A stretch of DNA of 25,274 nucleotides from Macrostomum lignano (taxonomy: Eukaryota), in NCBI GenBank assembly GCA_002269645.1, contig NIVC01005132.1, positions 1 through 25,274 on the forward strand, in the 5' to 3' direction. The notes under the pieces were generated by a model. That model was given only the letters and a program-made list of their open reading frames with translations, made no database searches and was not told the DNA's origin. Within the stretch, counting starts at the first letter, position 1, and each line of letters starts with the position of its first letter. Below are positions 1-7,500 of the stretch, in pieces. The position numbers and the translations under genes were made by a program.

Positions 1-239
1 CGCTCCAGTAAGAGTTATTTGATTTGCATGTAGCCAGTGTTCCCCAGTGTCTAGAAGTGGAGTTTTTGAGTGACTCGGCGAGAATCAGTATATGGGCACT
101 TGGGTATTCATTGACTTAAGTTGGTTGCCTTTAGGAAATTTAAAAGTAGCCCAAAGCATTTTTCACAGTGAGTCTATGGCGGGTGCAAAATTTGTAGTTT
201 AAAACGAGGCCTACTGTAGGGAACATTTGCCACCGATTT

Positions 240-720
240 TGCTACAGCTTTGGCCACAGCTTTGCTGCCACATCTTTCGCCATAGTTTTTGCCTCATGAG
301 CGGGTCCAGAGGCTTGGTGCATAAGTTCATGAACTCCTCACAACAGTTCCTAGGCAGTTAATTCAACCGAATTATTCCCTGTCTTACTACAAACTTGTCG
401 AAGCCTGGCTTCTCTATCTGAGTTTCACCGTTTAAAGCAGCGTTCACGAGCGAGGGCTTCATGTTGAAGCCTCATGAACTCCACACTTGAGGCTGTCGCT
501 GCTGCGTGCGAAAATACCTCCACATTTCTGGTTATTCTTCAAATCCCTAATCCCTGCATCTGGACCCTGTAGCCTTCACTTATGTCCCATGCTTTCCAGT
601 CAATGCATAAAAGCTTCTGGTTCTCAGTCCCAGAAAAGCTTCTTTTCCTTTATCAATGGCACTCAGTTCTGAGTAGCGGCACCCAGAATCTTCTATTGAT
701 GGAGCTGCGTGAGTGTTAGG
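240..720 (-). pseudogene. Heavily decayed putative Ty3/Gypsy pol relic (RT thumb/connection region to integrase zinc-binding region)
   Basis: Manual translation of minus-strand frames gives, in the expected order and with many stops and frameshifts: KPHKNLTLTQLHQ*KILG (cf. PxNxTQLRSFLG), PLIKEKKLFWD*EPEAFMH*L at about 660-600 (cf. LLKKxxKFxWxxExExAFxxL), KFVVRQGII..LPRNCCEEFMNL, and ELL*GVHE..AKTMAK..LWPKL at about 350-245 (cf. integrase H..GH.G..KT....WWP.L). Spacing is shorter than canonical, and the similarity was judged by eye only. Confidence 0.35.
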
Positions 721-1202
721 TTTTTGTGCGGCTTTCCAGCTGTGTCAAGTCCTGTTCACTCTTGGCAGCAGCTCACTGAAGCAGATTGCCTCACACAGTT
801 AAGCACTTCAGCCGATTTATCATCATGTATCATGATATATATCATATATGATATCGTCATCATATACTTTATTCAGCCGCCGATGCAACGATGCGTGAGC
901 AATGCAGTATTGAAAGATGAAAATCGTCTAGATGTTGACTATGCCAATTATTTATATCTACCTGTATTCTTTTCTATATACGGTATTCTATTATATTATA
1001 TTCTAAATTGACACCCTCTGTTGCATTTACTTTTATTCTGTACACTTGAGGCTAATCCAGACAACACCCGCCAAACCCGTGATATGGGCGGCTCCCGCCT
1101 CCCCGCTGCCGTCTTCGAACCGCCCTACAGCTAAGTCATGGAATCACTTGCAGTTGCACTTGCAGAAAGCAGCTCACACCAGATAGATAAGCATTCAGGA
1201 TT

Positions 1203-1455
1203 AGTCAGTTTCTTGTTGATCTCCCGATAGTCTATGGTCAGGCGGAGACTGTCATCCTTCTTTGTCACGTACACCGGTGGAGCCACGTACGGACTTTCGC
1301 TCAGCTCCATCACGTCGTTCTCCAGCAGTTCCTAAATCAGCTGCTCCACCTTCTCCCGGTAATGCACAGGCATTCGGCGCGCGGTGGCACTCGGCAGGTA
1401 CTTCATCCGAGAGAAAAATTCGGTGCTGTTGCAGATGAGCTAGCCCTGGCTTTTT
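1203..1455 (-). pseudogene. Gypsy reverse transcriptase N-terminal fragment
   Basis: Reads KKPGLAHLQQHRIFLSDEVP / ARRMPVHYREKVEQLI*ELLENDVMELSESPYVAPPVYVTKKDDSLRLTIDYREINKKLT. This matches the Gypsy RT start (..LLxxGIIEPSxSPYASPVVLVxKKDGSLRLCVDYRxLN). Homology stops at about 1203, before the catalytic YxDD. Confidence 0.88.
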
Positions 1456-2109
1456 CTAGAACAAGTCTTTGAACTCCACCAGCAGCCGTTGTACATTAGG
1501 GTCATCGGTAGTCGGCAACTCGAACTCCTTACAGCTGAACTCGGGTGTGAGTGTGTCTTCGATGTCAACTGGATCGTCGGTGTCAGCCTCGGTGCTGCAG
1601 ACTTGGCCGCTTCTTGTGAAGACCATGTGAAGTCCAGTTGCAAATTTTGCTTGCCGATGAGTCGACTCCAGCAATGACAGGACAGACCAAACCTGACACA
1701 ACGAAAAACAATTGCTGAGCTGCCACTCCACCACCGGCAATTCGATTTGCCGTTCTATGCTAATTGGCAGCTTGTTCACAGAATGAGGTTGCACTCTGAC
1801 TGTGGTTGCCTGTCTGAGCTGGGATTTTGTCAGGATGCTGGACTCAACTAGTGAGCACTGGCTTCCGGTGTCTAAAAACGTCTTCACACTACTGCCATTA
1901 AGCTTGCACTCACACTGCGATAGTCGGTCGGGCGCGACGCTGCATCCGTCGAGGATCCGGGGCGCCAGGACGCCAGCTCTAGGAGTGCCCGGATCCAAAG
2001 CGACGGAAACTAACAGCTTCGGCTCTGGAGCTGAAAGTGGCATTGCTTCCTTTGCTGCCTCCTCCGTAGGTCTTGGGGCTTCTATTGTGGCTGAAGCTGG
2101 TTCTCTCAT
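1456..2109 (-). pseudogene. Retroviral-type aspartyl protease region of Gypsy pol (217-aa ORF ending at a premature TAG)
   Basis: CKLNGSSVKTFLDTGSQCSLV contains the D-T-G-S active-site motif (Asp codon 1872-1870). The ORF ends LLVEFKDLF*, which is the usual PR-RT linker, and RT residues follow in frame after the stop. Confidence 0.82.
1970..2011 (-). pseudogene. Degenerate gag CCHC zinc knuckle
   Basis: The frame offset by one base from the protease reads S-F-R-R-F-G-S-G-H-S-*-S-W-R, which has exact CX2CX4HX4C spacing. The three Cys positions are AGT, CGC and CGT, each one substitution from TGY. It sits just upstream of the protease, as expected. Confidence 0.45.
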
Positions 2110-2171
2110 GGCGCAGTTTGGATTTCAGTCTGTGATTTCAGTTCCTTCCTAGAGAAGCTGATTGGCTCTAC

Positions 2172-2402
2172 GGCCGCAGCATCGGCTGCTTCGATGCACG
2201 GCAAGCCGGAGTACGCAGGCACCCACGCAAGCTTAACCTCGCACCTCAGGTCCTGAATTTGGACGATGCGGTTTCTGCCCCCCCCCCCCCCAGTGCCCAT
2301 GAGACCCTTAAGAGCGCTTGCGCTGTCTGAGATGATGGCGGTAGCTCGACAGTCCCGGACGCTGTTCTGGAGACTCGCCTCGGCAGCGTACATTTGCAGT
2401 GT
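2172..2402 (-). pseudogene. RNase H fragment of the non-LTR (LINE) retrotransposon / RNase HI type
   Basis: LQMYAAEASLQ...AIISDSASALKGL...VKLAWVPAYSGLPCIEAADAAA corresponds to the AE(L)xAI..AL, IxSDSxSAL and WVPxHxGIxGNExADxxA motifs of RNase HI-like LINE domains. The conserved His is Tyr and GNE is CIE, so it is decayed. Confidence 0.75.
2278..2291. repeat. C14/G14 homopolymer
   Basis: Fourteen consecutive C on the plus strand, inside the RNase H relic. Confidence 0.9.
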
Positions 2403-2458
2403 CACAAATGCAGTGTATATTTCTGACATTTAAAAAGTAAGAGTCGCTGTACCCCCGC

Positions 2459-2460
<2 letters not shown>

Positions 2461-2500
<40 letters not shown>

Positions 2501-2680
2501 TGAGTGAGTGAGTGAGTGAGTGAGTGAGTGAGTGAGTGAGTGAGTGAGTGAGTGAGTGAGTGAGTGAGTGAGTGAGTGAGTGAGTGAGTGAGTGAGTGAG
2601 TGAGTGAGTGAGTGAGTGAGTGAGTGAGTAAGAGAGTGAGTGAGTGAGTGAGTGAGTGAGTGTGTGTGTGTGTGTGTGTG
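2461..2680. repeat. Compound microsatellite TGAG (TG)16 (TGAG)41 (TG)10
   Basis: Read directly: TG 2465-2496; TGAG register 2497-2660 with two variant units (TAAG, AGAG at 2629-2636); TG 2661-2680. Confidence 0.99.
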
Positions 2681-2697
2681 TTTGCGCACGGGGCATA

Positions 2698-3401
2698 TGT
2701 TGGGCCATACGCATACAACGGGACCCGCGCTGTTGGGCCAAAAAAAATGTTGGGACTGTCCCATCAAGTCCGTCCAACACTTCCAAAAAAGTTACAATAG
2801 CAGCTCAAAAAAATACTCTATGGATTCAGCTCGACAGCCTCTTTTTGATGGTGCAACTCATTTTTAATAATTTTACTTTCTGAGTCCATAATTAAGCAAA
2901 AACTGGCGTCCCAATAATGAAAAATGATACAAAATTCGACCAAATCACTATTGGGACACTGAAATGGCTAATCTGCTCCCGTATATTTTTATTGGTTTTT
3001 TCTCATATTTTTACTAATAGTAGATTTCAAGCGCATTCATTTGCTGCAGTCTTTGTTTCAAGACGTAAATACATAGCATACATTAAAATACATACAAAGC
3101 AAAGCATAGCAAAACACTTTTAAGGGTATTTTATTGTCAAAGGATGGTTCTGGATGGAGATAAACCTAAAGAAATGACAAGGGCTTACATGTACTTCTGA
3201 CTGTGATGGGCATCAGTACTCTACACGAACTAAATTGTTAGGACAGTGTTGCAGTGTTGAATACAACAGCCCACTCTTGTTAGGACTCATGCTATTGACT
3301 GCTGCGCGCATTCGATATTCTATAAATTGTTGGGACTGTGTGCTAGAGTGTCGTTTACAAAAGCCCACTCATATTAGGACTTACCCCGTACATGTTAGGA
3401 C
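2698..3401. repeat. Cluster of 10 dispersed 9-bp motifs T(G/A)TT(G/A)GG(A/C)C
   Basis: Plus-strand copies at 2698, 2731, 2748, 2949, 3236, 3278, 3328, 3372 and 3393; minus-strand copy at 2908-2916. The same motif occurs 3 times per array monomer (3988, 4003, 4127). Confidence 0.8.
3232..3382 (+). repeat. Diverged ~92-bp-period direct duplication
   Basis: aaattgttaggacagtgt...cagcccactcttgttaggact (3232-3287) aligns with aaattgttgggactgtgt...aagcccactcatattaggact (3324-3381). Confidence 0.65.
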
Positions 3402-3726
3402 TAAGCCCTACCCCCCTGTGTACATGGCTCCAATTTACCAGAGTCCCCTTGCTAGTTAAGTGTACATTTATTTTGGTCTATTATTGACGCCACCCGCAAA
3501 CGTACGGTAAAACTAAATTGGCATGTACTCGCTATGCTGAAATCAATGGTCAACTCTGCCTCTGCCATGGCACCCGAGTCACCATGGTATGGAAAGAACA
3601 GCATGGAATGGCACAGCGAGAAACATGTAAGTGGTATTAAAAAACTTTGTCGGAAACAATAAGCATTTATATTTAAATGCTATAAAAAATACTGCTCCTG
3701 CTAAGCAGTACCTACCTTTACTTCAG

Positions 3727-3789
3727 GTATATCACCTTTGATCAACTGCCATGTGGCGCAATTGCCAAAGTATCCGTCGAATTTAACCG
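3727..3789 (+). other. Candidate 63-bp symmetric internal exon flanked by 100-bp and 112-bp intron-like segments
   Basis: Donor AACAT|gtaagt (3627); acceptor ctacctttacttcag| (3726); donor CCG|gtaggc (3790); acceptor ttttgtacttttaactctcag| (3901, inside the first monomer). Two frames are open through the exon. No transcript evidence is available. Confidence 0.3.
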
Positions 3790-4491
3790 GTAGGCTGTAA
3801 AAGCTTTGAGTAAAACTTGACATTTCGTCTGAATCCATTGACATTCAATAGCCTACGTGTCCAACCACAAAAATTATAAGTTTTGTACTTTTAACTCTCA
3901 GATGGGTCTTAGCAGATTCTATAGCTATGCATGCAAGGGCCCCTCAGAGGAGATGCTTAAACACTGCAGTGCATTTTTCCTAGCAATTATTGGGACACGA
4001 AGTGTTGGGCCACTGTGTGTGTGTGTCTAGTTTTTTCCGCATTTGTTAAGTCACCTAAAGAACTCAATTAATAAAGGGCTCCAGAACAAATTGATGGGCA
4101 AACGGATGACACACTGCACAGAGACTTGTTGGGACACATTAAAAACAGCTTATTTTAGAATGGGTACACTTTACTAAAGTAGAATGCTCCTACAGAAAGC
4201 TGCAAGCAAACTAGCATCTTCTGGAGCTGACATGCAGAGAAGAATGATTTTGTCGTCCTTGAAATCACTAAATAGATATGCGAAATCGATCTTTTGCTAA
4301 TCCCACCACAGGTTCCAGTGAAAAGAAGAAACGAAACCCATTGACTAAATTGGCAGTCGACTCAATCGATGCCGACTGCAACGGACCTGTCAGCTTCGAA
4401 CTCAGGAGAGCAGCTAATAGTCTACGAGAGTAATGCTAGATGCCAGAATGCTTCACAGCATCAAAGTCTTAAGCAGAAGCTTCAATGAAAG

Positions 4492-4564
4492 GTTAGTTCA
4501 TGCTGTGGCTGCATTCGTTTTCGTGTCTAGAAGCGTTATAACTTTTTGTACTTTTAACTCTCAG
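4492..4564 (+). other. Intron-like 73-bp segment present in every monomer (shown at the unit 1/2 junction)
   Basis: GAAAG|gttagt donor-like site and a tttttgtacttttaactctcag| polypyrimidine acceptor. Splicing joins MLDARMLHSIKVLSRSFNER to SGLSRFYSYACKGPSEEMLKHCSAFFLAIIG... in one open frame. Confidence 0.3.
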
Positions 4565-7500
4565 ATCGGGTCTTAGCAGATTCTATAGCTATGCATGCAA
4601 GGGCCCCTCAGAGGAGATGCTTAAACACTGCAGTGCATTTTTCCTAGCAATTATTGGGACACGAAGTGTTGGGCCACTGTGTGTGTGTCTAGTTTTTTCC
4701 GCATTTGTTAAGTCACCTAAAGAACTCAATTAATAAAGGGCTCCAGAACAAATTGATGGGCAAACGGATGACACACTGCACAGAGACTTGTTGGGACATA
4801 TTAAAAACAGCTTATTTTAGAATGGGTACACTTTACTAAAGTAGAATGCTCCTACAGAAAGCTGCAAGCAAACTAGCATCTTCTGGAGCTGACATGCAGA
4901 GAAGAATGATTTTGTCGTCCTTGAAATCACTAAACAGATATGCGAAATCGATCTTTTGCTAATCCCACCACAGGTTCCAGTGAAAAGAAGAAACGAAACC
5001 CATTGACTAAATTGGCAGTCGACTCAATCGATGCCGACTGCAACGGACCTGTCAGCTTCGAACTCAGGAGAGCAGCTAATAGTCTACGAGAGTAATGCTA
5101 GATGCCAGAATGCTTCACAGCATCAAAGTCTTAAGCAGAAGCTTCAATGAAAGGTTAGTTCATGCTGTGGCTGCATTCGTTTTCGTGTCTAGAAGCGTTA
5201 TAACTTTTTGTACTTTTAACTCTCAGATCGGGTCTTAGCAGATTCTATAGCTATGCATGCAAGGGCCCCTCAGAGGAGATGCTTAAACACTGCAGTGCAT
5301 TTTTCCTAGCAATTATTGGGACACGAAGTGTTGGGCCACTGTGTGTGTGTCTAGTTTTTTCCGCATTTGTTAAGTCACCTAAAGAACTCAATTAATAAAG
5401 GGCTCCAGAACAAATTGATGGGCAAACGGATGACACACTGCACAGAGACTTGTTGGGACATATTAAAAACAGCTTATTTTAGAATGGGTACACTTTACTA
5501 AAGTAGAATGCTCCTACAGAAAGCTGCAAGCAAACTAGCATCTTCTGGAGCTGACATGCAGAGAAGAATGATTTTGTCGTCCTTGAAATCACTAAATAGA
5601 TATGCGAAATCGATCTTTTGCTAATCCCACCACAGGTTCCAGTGAAAAGAAGAAACGAAACCCATTGACTAAATTGGCAGTCGACTCAATCGATGCCGAC
5701 TGCAACGGACCTGTCAGCTTCGAACTCAGGAGAGCAGCTAATAGTCTACGAGAGTAATGCTAGATGCCAGAATGCTTCACAGCATCAAAGTCTTAAGCAG
5801 AAGCTTCAATGAAAGGTTAGTTCATGCTGTGGCTGCATTCGTTTTCGTGTCTAGAAGCGTTATAACTTTTTGTACTTTTAACTCTCAGATCGGGTCTTAG
5901 CAGATTCTATAGCTATGCATGCAAGGGCCCCTCAGAGGAGATGCTTAAACACTGCAGTGCATTTTTCCTAGCAATTATTGGGACACGAAGTGTTGGGCCA
6001 CTGTGTGTGTGTCTAGTTTTTTCCGCATTTGTTAAGTCACCTAAAGAACTCAATTAATAAAGGGCTCCAGAACAAATTGATGGGCAAACGGATGACACAC
6101 TGCACAGAGACTTGTTGGGACATATTAAAAACAGCTTATTTTAGAATGGGTACACTTTACTAAAGTAGAATGCTCCTACAGAAAGCTGCAAGCAAACTAG
6201 CATCTTCTGGAGCTGACATGCAGAGAAGAATGATTTTGTCGTCCTTGAAATCACTAAATAGATATGCGAAATCGATCTTTTGCTAATCCCACCACAGGTT
6301 CCAGTGAAAAGAAGAAACGAAACCCATTGACTAAATTGGCAGTCGACTCAATCGATGCCGACTGCAACGGACCTGTCAGCTTCGAACTCAGGAGAGCAGC
6401 TAATAGTCTACGAGAGTAATGCTAGATGCCAGAATGCTTCACAGCATCAAAGTCTTAAGCAGAAGCTTCAATGAAAGGTTAGTTCATGCTGTGGCTGCAT
6501 TCGTTTTCGTGTCTAGAAGCGTTATAACTTTTTGTACTTTTAACTCTCAGATCGGGTCTTAGCAGATTCTATAGCTATGCATGCAAGGGCCCCTCAGAGG
6601 AGATGCTTAAACACTGCAGTGCATTTTTCCTAGCAATTATTGGGACACGAAGTGTTGGGCCACTGTGTGTGTGTCTAGTTTTTTCCGCATTTGTTAAGTC
6701 ACCTAAAGAACTCAATTAATAAAGGGCTCCAGAACAAATTGATGGGCAAACGGATGACACACTGCACAGAGACTTGTTGGGACATATTAAAAACAGCTTA
6801 TTTTAGAATGGGTACACTTTACTAAAGTAGAATGCTCCTACAGAAAGCTGCAAGCAAACTAGCATCTTCTGGAGCTGACATGCAGAGAAGAATGATTTTG
6901 TCGTCCTTGAAATCACTAAATAGATATGCGAAATCGATCTTTTGCTAATCCCACCACAGGTTCCAGTGAAAAGAAGAAACGAAACCCATTGACTAAATTG
7001 GCAGTCGACTCAATCGATGCCGACTGCAACGGACCTGTCAGCTTCGAACTCAGGAGAGCAGCTAATAGTCTACGAGAGTAATGCTAGATGCCAGAATGCT
7101 TCACAGCATCAAAGTCTTAAGCAGAAGCTTCAATGAAAGGTTAGTTCATGCTGTGGCTGCATTCGTTTTCGTGTCTAGAAGCGTTATAACTTTTTGTACT
7201 TTTAACTCTCAGATCGGGTCTTAGCAGATTCTATAGCTATGCATGCAAGGGCCCCTCAGAGGAGATGCTTAAACACTGCAGTGCATTTTTCCTAGCAATT
7301 ATTGGGACACGAAGTGTTGGGCCACTGTGTGTGTGTCTAGTTTTTTCCGCATTTGTTAAGTCACCTAAAGAACTCAATTAATAAAGGGCTCCAGAACAAA
7401 TTGATGGGCAAACGGATGACACACTGCACAGAGACTTGTTGGGACATATTAAAAACAGCTTATTTTAGAATGGGTACACTTTACTAAAGTAGAATGCTCC

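Larger units (their letters stand above)
1203..2150 (-). mobile_element. Ty3/Gypsy LTR-retrotransposon internal fragment (gag end - protease - RT N-terminus), truncated and inactivated
   Basis: Collinear minus-strand gag-knuckle relic, DTGS aspartyl protease and Gypsy RT N-terminal motifs. Premature stops at 1456-1458 and 1332-1334, and a frameshift near 1385. No LTRs and no YxDD motif are seen. Confidence 0.85.

Noticed and set aside
487-1011. ORFs 487-672 and 709-1011
   Set aside because: They begin at non-ATG starts, show no recognisable domain, and partly cover AT-rich low-complexity sequence.
1440-2152. ORFs 1440-1643 (-), 1489-1677 (+) and 1802-2152 (+)
   Set aside because: They are alternate-frame or antisense shadows of the Gypsy pol fragment.
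2308-2883. ORFs with THSL/HTHT/CVCV repeats (2308-2718, 2402-2767, 2430-2786, 2652-2867, 2656-2883)
   Set aside because: They are stop-free translations of the microsatellite, not genes.
3874-4535. Monomer as a ~660-bp KolobokP long terminal direct repeat
   Set aside because: The length is similar, but none of the TTAA sites in the unit is flanked by inverted repeats, and the array boundaries are not at TTAA.
4658-4693. Helitron-like 3' end (AGTG-ttgggc-CACT hairpin 10 nt before CTAG|T) and an ACAC-GAA-GTGT mini-hairpin
   Set aside because: The stems are only 4 bp, no TC start follows the CTAG, and the array boundaries do not coincide with this site.
4536-5040. Block A as an LTR of a tandem TRIM/LTR array
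   Set aside because: There are no clean TG...CA ends at the observed boundaries, no TGG-starting PBS, no polypurine tract in B on either strand, and no TSD.
4536-5197. Many 6-bp palindromes (SalI, ClaI, HindIII, XbaI, ApaI, PstI, SphI, NsiI), suggesting a synthetic polylinker
   Set aside because: About 10 six-base palindromes are expected by chance in 662 bp, and they are dispersed rather than clustered.
4536-5197. 5S rRNA, tRNA, U snRNA or histone repeat unit
   Set aside because: No recognisable 5S or U-snRNA sequence, no cloverleaf or convincing A/B boxes, and no histone peptide in the frames examined.
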